Origin: Actinomycetes bacterium
GTDB lineage: Bacteria > Armatimonadota > SYMT01
DNA: 60,658 bases
Direction of reading: 5' to 3'
NCBI GenBank assembly: GCA_031426395.1
Contig: JANPLG010000399.1
Coordinates: forward strand, 1-60,658
This document shows, in pieces, positions 38,442-48,022 of this stretch; position 1 is the first letter of the stretch; every line of letters begins with the position of its first letter. The translations under genes were made by a program, and so were the position numbers. The notes below the pieces were generated by a model. That model ran no database searches. It saw only the letters and a list, made by a program, of their open reading frames with translations, and was not told the origin of the DNA.

Positions 38442-38466
38442 AATTGCCGGCTCCTCGATCCCTCGC

Positions 38467-39012
38467 CTACTTCTCAGCCCGGAAAGGAAGCCCCAGCCCC
38501 TTGAGGAGGGCGCGGCCTTCCTGGTCGGTCTTCGCCGTAGTGGTGATAATGATATCCATCCCGCGGATGCGATCAATCTGATCGTAGTCGATTTCCGGGA
38601 AAACAAGCTGTTCCTTCAGCCCCGTGGCGAAGTTGCCGTGCCCGTCGAACGAGTTCGGGTTGATCCCGCCGAAGTCACGGATGCGCGGCATCACCACGCT
38701 GAAGAGCTTGTCTAGGAAGAACCACATGCGGTCGCCGCGGATGGTCACCTTGGCACCGATCCGCATGCCCTCGCGGATCTTGAAGGCTGCGATCGACTTC
38801 TTGGCGCGGGTCACCACCGGCTTCTGGCCGGAGATGGCGGTCATGTCCTTCACCGCCGCGTCGATCGTCTTGGGGTCCTGCACGGCGGTGCTGACGCCCA
38901 TGTTGATGACGACCTTCTCCACGCGCGGAACCTGCATGACGTTCTTGTAGCTGAACTCTTTCATCAGCGACGCGACGACTTCGCCGCGGTATTTGTCTCT
39001 GAGACGAGGCAT
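38467..39012 (-). CDS. rplE: 50S ribosomal protein L5
   Basis: [44 protein letters not shown]. Confidence 0.98.
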   Translation of the reverse strand: MPRLRDKYRGEVVASLMKEFSYKNVMQVPRVEKVVINMGVSTAVQDPKTIDAAVKDMTAISGQKPVVTRAKKSIAAFKIREGMRIGAKVTIRGDRMWFFLDKLFSVVMPRIRDFGGINPNSFDGHGNFATGLKEQLVFPEIDYDQIDRIRGMDIIITTTAKTDQEGRALLKGLGLPFRAEK

Positions 39013-39208
39013 CTGCGAATCTCCCCTGCCACCTGCGCGACCCGTGGGATGGAATGCGATCCATCCTGCGGATCAGGAACACCCGGCCGATCAGGTGTGG
39101 CCGCCCCACACCGGGTGCCTTTGAAAAGCGTACTCGCGAGGGCGGTGCCCTTGCGGATTGCGCCAGCCGTGGCCTGGGCCGGGGCTGGCGCAACCATGGG
39201 TGCTGTAG

Positions 39209-39568
39209 CTACTTGGCGGCGTCGAGGGTCGCGCCGCAATGCTTGCAGGCGCGGACCTTCTTGCCAGCCTCTTCCTTGTGGATCACGCGAGTCGGCTTGG
39301 CGCATCCGGGGCAGCAGACCATGAGGTTGCTGACGTGGACGGGGGCCGGCTTCTCGATCCGACCGCCCTGCTGAGCCTGGCCCATCGGCTTCTGGTGCTT
39401 GGTGATCATGTTGACGCCATCCACCGTGGCGCGCTCGCGCTGCGGATCGACGTTGAGGACCTTGCCCCGTTCGCCATTGCTGCGACCGGCGAGGACGAGG
39501 ACCTCGTCACCCTTCTTCAGATGCACCTTGAAGGTGGCGGTCACGTGACGCTTGCGCATCTGTCCCAT
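39209..39568 (-). CDS. rplX: 50S ribosomal protein L24
   Basis: KKGDEVLVLAG (KOW), VDGVN, EKPAPVHVSN; TAATG overlap with rplN. Confidence 0.96.
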   Translation of the reverse strand: MGQMRKRHVTATFKVHLKKGDEVLVLAGRSNGERGKVLNVDPQRERATVDGVNMITKHQKPMGQAQQGGRIEKPAPVHVSNLMVCCPGCAKPTRVIHKEEAGKKVRACKHCGATLDAAK

Positions 39569-39933
39569 TAGAGCACCTCCGGCGCAAGCGAAATGATGCG
39601 CATGAACTGCTTATCGCGGAGTTCCCGGGCCACGGGGCCAAAGATGCGGGTTCCACGCGGGTCGCCGCTGGGCTGGATCACCACGGCGGCATTGTCGTCA
39701 AAACGGAGCACGGAGCCGTCGGCCCGGCGGATCGGGTTGTGCGTGCGCACGACCACGGCCTTGACCACGTCTCCCTTTTTAACCGCTGCGCCGGGGGTTG
39801 CAGCCTTGACGGCCGCGACGATGACGTCCCCCACCTCGGCGGTGTGGCTGTTCCCCTTGAGCACGCGGATGCAGAGCAGCTCGCGCGCGCCGGAGTTGTC
39901 AGCCACGCGCAATCGCGTATAGGGCCTGACCAT
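39568..39933 (-). CDS. rplN: 50S ribosomal protein L14
   Basis: [34 protein letters not shown]. Confidence 0.98.
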   Translation of the reverse strand: MVRPYTRLRVADNSGARELLCIRVLKGNSHTAEVGDVIVAAVKAATPGAAVKKGDVVKAVVVRTHNPIRRADGSVLRFDDNAAVVIQPSGDPRGTRIFGPVARELRDKQFMRIISLAPEVL

Positions 39934-40121
39934 ACCTGTTCCTCAATTTCCCCCGCCGGAAGGGCGGGTCACCTCCGCCCACAGGGGCGGGGCCACCGGT
40001 CACGGTTCTCCGTGTCCGATGACCAGGTGTTATGCTTGGCGGTCCGCCATGCTCCGGGCACATTGGGATGGCCGGGTCTCCAGCGGCGAACCGCCAGCCC
40101 CGTGCCAGCAACAGCCAGAAG

Positions 40122-40406
40122 CTAGCGGGCCTTCTCCACCAGCCGACTCACTCGCCACGTCTTGTCGGCGGAGAGGCGGCGGGTTTCCACGATCTCGACG
40201 CGATCGCCGACGTGAAACTCGTTGGCTTCATCGTGGGCCTTGTACCGCTTGGTGCGCCGGACCACCCGGCCATAGAGCGGGTGCTTGACGCGGGATTCGA
40301 CGGATACCACCACCGTCTTGTCCATCTTGTCACTCACCACGCGGCCCTGGCGGACCTTGCGCCGTCCGCGGACTTGCTGCGCGGTCTCTGTCAATTGTTC
40401 GCTCAT
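40122..40406 (-). CDS. rpsQ: 30S ribosomal protein S17
   Basis: [34 protein letters not shown]. Confidence 0.97.
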   Translation of the reverse strand: MSEQLTETAQQVRGRRKVRQGRVVSDKMDKTVVVSVESRVKHPLYGRVVRRTKRYKAHDEANEFHVGDRVEIVETRRLSADKTWRVSRLVEKAR

Positions 40407-40428
40407 AGCTGCTTCCGTCCCGCTCGGC

Positions 40429-40638
40429 TTACTGCTGCTCCAGCTCGCGCTGGCTGATGTAGGTCAGGATGCGCGCAATCTTCTTGCGCCCCTTGCGCAG
40501 CGGCTCGGCATTATCCAGAGCGCGGGTGGCATAGCGCACCCGGTTCTGGAACAACTCCTGCCGTGCCTCCCGCAGCTCCTGCTGCAGCTCCACCAGGCCG
40601 AGACCGGCGAGAGCGGTTCGCTCTTCCTGCGTGCTCAT
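40429..40638 (-). CDS. rpmC: 50S ribosomal protein L29
   Basis: ELFQNR...RKKIARILT; position between rplP and rpsQ. Confidence 0.9.
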   Translation of the reverse strand: MSTQEERTALAGLGLVELQQELREARQELFQNRVRYATRALDNAEPLRKGRKKIARILTYISQRELEQQ

Positions 40639-41117
40639 TCGGTGGCCTCCGTTGCTTCCGTAGCCTCGGCGGCAACGGCAACCGGCTCCAGCGCGCTCTC
40701 CGTCTCGGGCTGGCCCTTGACGATGAACTTCACCGGGATCGGCAGCTTGTATGCCGCGCGACGCATGGCCTCGCGGGCCAGGGGCTCCGCGACGCCGGAC
40801 ATCTCAAATAGGATTCGACCAGGCTTGACCACGGCCACCCACCCCTCGGGAGCACCCTTACCGGAACCCATGCGGGTTTCCGCCGGCTTCTTGGTGTAGC
40901 TCTTGTCCGGGAAGATGCGGATCCAGATCTTGCCGCCGCGCTTGACGTGGCGCGTCATGGCGATACGAGCGGACTCGATCTGCTGGCTGGTGATCCAGGA
41001 ACGGTCGAGGGCCTTCAGGGCGAATTCGCCGAAAAGGATATCGACCCCGCCCTTGGCGTTCCCACCCATGCTGCCGCGGTGCACCTTGCGGTGCTTCACT
41101 CTCTTTGGCGCTAACAT
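40635..41117 (-). CDS. rplP: 50S ribosomal protein L16
   Basis: [35 protein letters not shown]. Confidence 0.98.
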   Translation of the reverse strand: MLAPKRVKHRKVHRGSMGGNAKGGVDILFGEFALKALDRSWITSQQIESARIAMTRHVKRGGKIWIRIFPDKSYTKKPAETRMGSGKGAPEGWVAVVKPGRILFEMSGVAEPLAREAMRRAAYKLPIPVKFIVKGQPETESALEPVAVAAEATEATEATE

Positions 41118-41193
41118 CGTGATTTCCGTTCCCGCAAGGTCCAGAACCGGGAGCTCTCGCTCCTGGTTCCGGCCCCTTGCTTACTTGCGCAAC

Positions 41194-42099
41194 TTAACCG
41201 CGCGGAGCGCCACCGGGGCGTCCGCCGCCGCCGCCACCGCTACGTCCGCCGCCACCGCCGCCGCCGCCACGGTAGCCGCCACGGTCTCCGCCGCCGCCAC
41301 CGCCGCCACGTCCGCCACGGTCTCCACCGCCGCCGCCGCCACCGCCACGTCCGCCGCGATCTCCGCCGCCGCCGGAGCGCTCGCTGCGTTCCCGCTCACG
41401 GTCCTCGGCACGGCGCGGCTGCCGGGTAACGAACGGCTCGTTCTGAGCGCGCTCCTTCTGCTCACGGCGCTGATCGGCCAGGATGTCGCCCTTGTAGAGC
41501 CACACCTTGATACCGATGTTGCCGTAGGTGGTTCCCGCTTCAGCGAAACCGTAATCGATGTCGGCGCGGAGGGTGTGAAGCGGGATCTTGCCCGTCTTGT
41601 CACCTTCCTTGCGCGCCATCTCGGCACCGCCCAGGCGACCACTCACCAGGACCTTGATTCCCTTGGCACCGACGCGGACGCTGCGCTGGATCGCCTGGCG
41701 GATGGCGCGCTTCGGCGCCACGCGCTTCTCGATCTGCTGGGCAATCGCTTCCGCCACGAGTTGGGCGTCCAGGTCCGGCTGCCGGATCTCCTGCACCACC
41801 AGATTGACCTGCTTGGCGAATTTCTTCTCCAGGTCCGCCTTGGTGTCGTCCACGCCGCGGCCGCCACGCCCGATGATCACGCCCGGCTTGCCGGTGTGCA
41901 GGGTGACCCGCAGCTTATCGGCCTGGCGGTCGATGGTAATGCGGGAGATGGCCGCGTTCATGAGCCGCTTCTTGAGGTAGCGGCGGATTTGGTAGTCTTC
42001 GTAGAGCCGCTGCGCGTAGTCTTTGTCCGCGTACCAGTTGCTCTCCCAGTCCCGGATGATGCCGATCCGGAAACCGATTGGATGAACTTTCTGACCCAT
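41194..42099 (-). CDS. rpsC: 30S ribosomal protein S3 with a Gly/Arg-rich C-terminal tail
   Basis: [43 protein letters not shown]. Confidence 0.98.
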   Translation of the reverse strand: MGQKVHPIGFRIGIIRDWESNWYADKDYAQRLYEDYQIRRYLKKRLMNAAISRITIDRQADKLRVTLHTGKPGVIIGRGGRGVDDTKADLEKKFAKQVNLVVQEIRQPDLDAQLVAEAIAQQIEKRVAPKRAIRQAIQRSVRVGAKGIKVLVSGRLGGAEMARKEGDKTGKIPLHTLRADIDYGFAEAGTTYGNIGIKVWLYKGDILADQRREQKERAQNEPFVTRQPRRAEDRERERSERSGGGGDRGGRGGGGGGGGDRGGRGGGGGGGDRGGYRGGGGGGGGRSGGGGGGRPGGAPRG

Positions 42100-42143
42100 A
42101 CTGTTCTCCGTAGTGGGTACTTCTCGTGAGCCCCTGGCAGCGC

Positions 42144-42749
42144 CTACGCCCGGGTGACGTTCGCCCGGCCCTTCGGCCGCTGGTTCTTCTTGGCCTTCGG
42201 CGTGGCGGCGGTGACCGCCACCCGGAGGTGCGCCGTGCGCTTCAGGATGCGGTAGGCCCGCCCCATGGCGCGCGGACGGATCCGCTTCTGCGTAGGACCC
42301 ACGTCCGCGTGCAGTACCGTGATCTTCAATTCATGCGGCTCGGCGCCCCAGCCCTCGAAGGCGTTGGCTGCCGCGCTGCGGATCAGCTTGAGGATGTAGC
42401 CGGCCGCGCGGTTGGGCACGAACTGAAGCGCGGCAAGCGCATCGTCCACGTACATTCCGCGAAGCTGGTTCATCACCCGCCGCGCCTTGCGGGAGGAGAC
42501 CCGCACATACTTGTGCGCCGCGTGCGCTTCCGGGGTCACCTCAAGGGTGACCGTCTTGCCCAGGGACCGCTCCAGCTCCGGAACGAGGTCCGCGCCGCGG
42601 CGGCTCTGCAAGGTGTCCGGCTTGACCGTATGGACGCTCAGCACGGCCATCGGGCCGGAGCCCTGAACCATGATCCGCCCAAACGGTGCCTTGTTGGTTC
42701 CGCGGCGAAGGATCTTCCTTACGCCGGGTCCCGCTTCATAAATTCCCAT
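42144..42749 (-). CDS. rplV: 50S ribosomal protein L22 with an N-terminal S3-like KH domain
   Basis: L22 core [10 protein letters not shown]...SAAANA...[11 protein letters not shown]...KRTAH preceded in frame by about 70 aa; ATG at 42749 with a GGAG RBS. Confidence 0.93.
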   Translation of the reverse strand: MGIYEAGPGVRKILRRGTNKAPFGRIMVQGSGPMAVLSVHTVKPDTLQSRRGADLVPELERSLGKTVTLEVTPEAHAAHKYVRVSSRKARRVMNQLRGMYVDDALAALQFVPNRAAGYILKLIRSAAANAFEGWGAEPHELKITVLHADVGPTQKRIRPRAMGRAYRILKRTAHLRVAVTAATPKAKKNQRPKGRANVTRA

Positions 42750-42872
42750 TCGCTTCGCTCCCACCTCGCGGTCCCGCCGCGCGGTAGCTTTGACAGCAGC
42801 CAGCTTCTCTCCCGGCCGGGGTGCTCACGCTCGTGCACACGCTCGCCGGCCAGAAGGAAAGGCTTGCCCGCC

Positions 42873-43160
42873 CTATCGGAGGCCGCTAGACCGTTCGCGC
42901 GGGCCGCCGGCGTGGCCCTTGTAGTTCCGGGTGAGCGCGAACTCGCCCAGCTTGTGGCCCACCATGTTCTCCGTGACGAAGATCGGCACATGAGTCTTGC
43001 CGTTGTGCACCGCGAGGGTGTGCCCGATGAAGCTGGGGAAGATCGTCGATCGGCGGGACCATGTCTTGATGATCCGCTTCTCGCCGCGAGAGTTCATCTC
43101 GTCGACCTTATCCAACAGCTTCGGGTCCGCATAAGGTCCCTTTTTAAGTGAGCGTCCCAT
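42873..43160 (-). CDS. rpsS: 30S ribosomal protein S19
   Basis: [32 protein letters not shown]. Confidence 0.98.
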   Translation of the reverse strand: MGRSLKKGPYADPKLLDKVDEMNSRGEKRIIKTWSRRSTIFPSFIGHTLAVHNGKTHVPIFVTENMVGHKLGEFALTRNYKGHAGGPRERSSGLR

Positions 43161-43191
43161 TCCAACCTCTCAACCGGCCGCTGGCCGGTCC

Positions 43192-43303
43192 GTTCCAAGT
43201 TCCAGGTTCAGATTCCACGTTCCCCGCTCGCCCTGCCGCGGCTAGGGTGACCGCTCGAGGCTCTTCACGCTTCCGTTGGAGCCGGAACCTGGAACCCGCA
43301 ACT
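43192..43303. repeat. Inverted heptamer-like arrays in the rplB-rpsS spacer
   Basis: GTTCCAA GTTCCAG GTTCAG ATTCCAC GTTCCCC versus TTGGAGC CGGAACC TGGAACC CGCAACT. Confidence 0.6.
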
Positions 43304-43304
43304 A

Positions 43305-44135
43305 TCAGCGCGAGCCGCGCTTCTTGACGATGTACTTATTGGTCGACTTGTTCCGCCGCGTCTTGGCGCCCAGTGCGGGCTTGCCCCACGGGGTCATCGG
43401 TCCGCTGCGGCCAATAGGAGACTTGCCCTCGCCACCACCGTGCGGGTGGTCTACCGGGTTCATCACCACGCCACGAACGTGCGGCCGCCGGCCCATGTGA
43501 CGGGTCCTCCCGGCCTTGCCGAGAGAGATGTTCTCGTGATCGCCGTTGCCGACGACGCCGATGGTGGCGCGGCATTCCAGGAGCACCAGGCGGGTTTCAC
43601 CGCTGGGGAGGCGCACCTGGGAATACTTGCCTTCCTTGGCCATCAACTGAGCGCCCGTGCCGGCGCTTCGGACCATCTGCGCGCCCTTGCCCGGCACCAA
43701 CTCGATCGCGTGGATCTGGGTGCCGACCGGGATGTTACGCAGCTTGAGCGTGTTCCCGACCTTGATATCCGCGTCATCCGCAGAGAGGACCGGGGTTCCG
43801 ACTGTGAGACCGTTGGGGGCCAGGATGTAGCGCTTGTCGCCGTCCACGTAGAAGATGAGCGCGATGCGGGCGCTGCGGTTGGGATCATACTCGATCGCCG
43901 CCACTTTGCCCGGAACGCCAATCTTGTCCCGCTTGAAGTCGATGATGCGGTACAGCCGCTTGTTGCCGCCGCCACGGTGCCGACAGGTGATCTTGCCGCT
44001 GTGGTTGCGCCCACCGGTCTTGGTGAGGGAATGGGTGAGGGACTTCTCCGGCTCGGTCTTAGTGATCTCCGCAAAGGTGGAGACGGACCCGAAGCGCCGG
44101 CCGGCGGAAGTCGGTTTGTATTGTCGAATTGCCAT
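43305..44135 (-). CDS. rplB: 50S ribosomal protein L2
   Basis: [40 protein letters not shown]. Confidence 0.98.
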   Translation of the reverse strand: MAIRQYKPTSAGRRFGSVSTFAEITKTEPEKSLTHSLTKTGGRNHSGKITCRHRGGGNKRLYRIIDFKRDKIGVPGKVAAIEYDPNRSARIALIFYVDGDKRYILAPNGLTVGTPVLSADDADIKVGNTLKLRNIPVGTQIHAIELVPGKGAQMVRSAGTGAQLMAKEGKYSQVRLPSGETRLVLLECRATIGVVGNGDHENISLGKAGRTRHMGRRPHVRGVVMNPVDHPHGGGEGKSPIGRSGPMTPWGKPALGAKTRRNKSTNKYIVKKRGSR

Positions 44136-44153
44136 AGGACTTCTCCGCGAGGC

Positions 44154-44456
44154 CTAGCCGGTTTCGAATGCCTGGCCCAGGAGGCCGCCAAGCTTCTCAT
44201 CCTGCGGCAGCGTCACCACTGCCTTCTTCCAATCCGGGGTGCGACCGGTCCCGCGGCGGGTGCGGCGAACCTTCCCCTTGACGACAAGGGTGTTCACCTT
44301 CGCCACGGCGCAGCGGCCGAGGATCTCAACGGCCTTCTGAATCTCCACCTTGGTGGCGTCCTTGGACACCTGGAAGGTGAACTTGTTCAGCCGCTGAAGC
44401 TCAACGCTCTTCTCGGTGAGGAGCGGCCGGATGATGATTTCTGTGGGGTCTTTCAT
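44154..44456 (-). CDS. rplW: 50S ribosomal protein L23
   Basis: IIRPLLTEKS, ATKVEIQKAVE, WKKAVVTL. Confidence 0.96.
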   Translation of the reverse strand: MKDPTEIIIRPLLTEKSVELQRLNKFTFQVSKDATKVEIQKAVEILGRCAVAKVNTLVVKGKVRRTRRGTGRTPDWKKAVVTLPQDEKLGGLLGQAFETG

Positions 44457-45079
44457 CCTTGATACAGCTCCTCAAGGCGGGTCATCGCGTCCCGGGTGAA
44501 GACCAGCGTGCTCGCCTGGAAGATCTCTCGGGTGGAGAGGCCAGGCAGGACGATGACCTTGACGTTAGGAATGTTGCGCGCGGAGAGTGCCGCCTTCTCA
44601 TCACGCTGGGAAAGCACCAGGACCGTCTTCTTGCCGTGGTCCAGCTTGCTCAGGAACTGGGAGAACGCCTTGGTGCTGATCTCAGCAATCTCAAGGCTTT
44701 CCAGCACGCGGATGCAGCCTTCGGTCGCCCGCAGGGATAGCGCGCTCTTGAACGCGAGGCGGCGCATCTTCTGCGGCATCGCCCGTTCTGGATTGCTCGG
44801 CACCGGCCCGTGCACCACGCCGCCGTGGCGGTAGTGCGGAGCGCGGATGCTGCCCTGGCGTGCTCGGCCGGTGCCCTTCTGGCGATACGGCTTCCGGCCA
44901 CCGCCGCGAACCGCAGCGCGGTTCTTGGCACTGCTTGTGCCCTGGCGGCGGTTCCAAAGCTCAGTCTCCACCGCCTGGTGGATCAGGTCGCGCCGGAACG
45001 CCTGTGCGAAGAGCGCATCCCCAAGGGTGAACTCTCCCGCTGGCTCGCCGGCGGCGCTAAATAGAGGTGCGGTTGCCAT
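44453..45079 (-). CDS. rplD: 50S ribosomal protein L4
   Basis: RQGTSSAKNRAAVRGGGRKPYRQKGTGRARQGS, GGVVHGP. Confidence 0.97.
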   Translation of the reverse strand: MATAPLFSAAGEPAGEFTLGDALFAQAFRRDLIHQAVETELWNRRQGTSSAKNRAAVRGGGRKPYRQKGTGRARQGSIRAPHYRHGGVVHGPVPSNPERAMPQKMRRLAFKSALSLRATEGCIRVLESLEIAEISTKAFSQFLSKLDHGKKTVLVLSQRDEKAALSARNIPNVKVIVLPGLSTREIFQASTLVFTRDAMTRLEELYQG

Positions 45080-45081
45080 GA

Positions 45082-45735
45082 TTATTTGGCCTCCCGGATG
45101 GTCAGCAGCGTCCCGTTGGGACCCGGGACCGAGCCGCGGATCAGGATCACGTTGCGGTCAGAGTCCACGCGGATGATCTGCAGGCGCTTTATGGTCACCC
45201 GCTCGTTCCCCATGTGACCCGGCCGGCCCGTGTTCTTGAAGACACGTGCCGCGTCCGTAGCGCCTGCGGACTGCGGCTTACGGTGAATCATCGACCCGTG
45301 GGTCATGTCGCCACCGTGCCAGCCGTAACGCTTCACGACGCCGGCGAAGCCCTTGCCCTTGGACGTCCCGGTGACATCCACCAGGTCGCCCTCAACAAAG
45401 ACATCCACCTTGATCTCGTCGCCCACGTTCATGTCGGCGGCGCCCTGCATCCGGATCTCGCGCAGGTGCTTGAGAGCTGGCAGGTTGTTCTTGGTGAGGT
45501 GGCCGGCTTCCGGCCGGTTCAGGGATCCCCGGTGATGACCGGTCGCGCCCTTGGCTGGCGTCGGCTTCGCTTTACCGTAACCGACCTGCACCGCCTCGTA
45601 GCCATCGTTCTCCACGGTCTTCTTCTGGGTGACGACGCACGGACCTGCTTCGACTACAGTCACGGGCACCACGCGCCCGCGCTCGTCGAAGATCTGTGTC
45701 ATCCCCACCTTCCGACCCAGGATTGACTTGACCAT
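45082..45735 (-). CDS. rplC: 50S ribosomal protein L3
   Basis: [31 protein letters not shown]. Confidence 0.98.
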   Translation of the reverse strand: MVKSILGRKVGMTQIFDERGRVVPVTVVEAGPCVVTQKKTVENDGYEAVQVGYGKAKPTPAKGATGHHRGSLNRPEAGHLTKNNLPALKHLREIRMQGAADMNVGDEIKVDVFVEGDLVDVTGTSKGKGFAGVVKRYGWHGGDMTHGSMIHRKPQSAGATDAARVFKNTGRPGHMGNERVTIKRLQIIRVDSDRNVILIRGSVPGPNGTLLTIREAK

Positions 45736-45879
45736 ACTGGTTCAATCCTCTAACCCGCCCATGCCATCACTTCTCGTGGGCAGCGGGGCGTCCGCGCGGA
45801 GCAGCAATTCCGGAGCAGCTCGAGCGGTGTCCGCCAGCAGGCGTTCACCCTTGCGAGCTCACTTTCCGGAGCGCCGCGC

Positions 45880-46188
45880 CTAAAGCTTGATCTCGATATC
45901 GACGCCGCTCGGCAAATCCAGCCGCATCAGCGCGTCGATCGTCTTCGGGCCCGGATCGAGGATGTCGATCAGGCGCTTGTGAGTCCGCATTTCGAAGTGC
46001 TCCATCGACTCTTTATCGATGGTCGGGCCGCGGACCACGCAAAACAGGTTGCGCTCCGTGGGGAGCGGCACTGGTCCGGAGATGCGGGCACCGGTGCGCC
46101 GCGCGGTCTCCACAATCTTGCCGGCCGACTGGTCGATGATCTGATGATCGAACGCCTTGAGTCGGATACGGACTTTCTGTCTTCGCAT
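45880..46188 (-). CDS. rpsJ: 30S ribosomal protein S10
   Basis: [39 protein letters not shown]. Confidence 0.98.
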   Translation of the reverse strand: MRRQKVRIRLKAFDHQIIDQSAGKIVETARRTGARISGPVPLPTERNLFCVVRGPTIDKESMEHFEMRTHKRLIDILDPGPKTIDALMRLDLPSGVDIEIKL

Positions 46189-46250
46189 AGGGAAGCCTCT
46201 GACACGCAGAAGAGGGTGGCCCAGGGGACCACCCTCCTTGATGTCTCGCG

Positions 46251-47435
<1,185 letters not shown>

Positions 47436-47836
47436 GGTAGCTCCCCGATCGTTTCGATGCTCGCCCACCGTCTCGGCAGGCCCCAGACTGACGCCTCGCG
47501 GGCCTCTGTTTTGGCCCCACAAATGCAAACGAGGCGGCACTCATCCGAATCGCCCTGACGGCGACGCAGACAGTCCACCCCGTGACGCTCCTTCTTCTGG
47601 GCGACGGAAACCGCCGGACCGTGGAAGGACCGCTTTCACAAGCTTGGTTATGGAACGTGTTTTTAGACGTTCCCGCAGTCCACTGGCGGTCTATCGTCGT
47701 CGCTCGATAGACACAGTGATCGCCGATCATTTCGATCAGCGGAGGAGCCGTGGAAGGACCAAACCGCGACGTTGTGGACGTTACATCTCGACTCTATGCG
47801 GCGCACCCTATAGGTAGTCGCCTCAAGAGCCTGCGT

Positions 47837-47865
47837 ATAGTAGCAACGCCCCTGGGGGCTGTCAA
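47837..47865 (-). promoter_or_regulatory. Sigma70-type promoter for tuf and the S10 operon
   Basis: TTGACA (47865-47860), 17-nt spacer, TACTAT (47842-47837); a second TTGACA at 47898-47893. Confidence 0.75.
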
Positions 47866-48022
47866 GGAGATTCGCTTCGGCCTGGGGGTCGTTGTCAAGA
47901 GTCCCAGGCGTGCCCCCACTCGTCTTATGGCGCAGTGAGGGAACCGTGCTACGGGGCGGGCGGTCGTATTCTTTCCGAAACCCTGCTGCCATTGCCGCAT
48001 TGCGCTCTCCATAATCCACCTT

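Noticed and set aside
38474-38495. SRP RNA-like motif CAGCCCGGAAAGGAAGC
   Set aside because: It lies antisense within the rplE 3' end and lacks the SRP helix-8 pairing; chance match.
41194-41400. Poly-Ala ORFs in other frames of the rpsC 3' end
   Set aside because: By-products of the GGC/GGT repeats encoding the S3 Gly-rich tail.
47436-48022. tRNA cluster upstream of tuf
   Set aside because: No cloverleaf or T-loop GTTCGA motif was found on either strand by eye.
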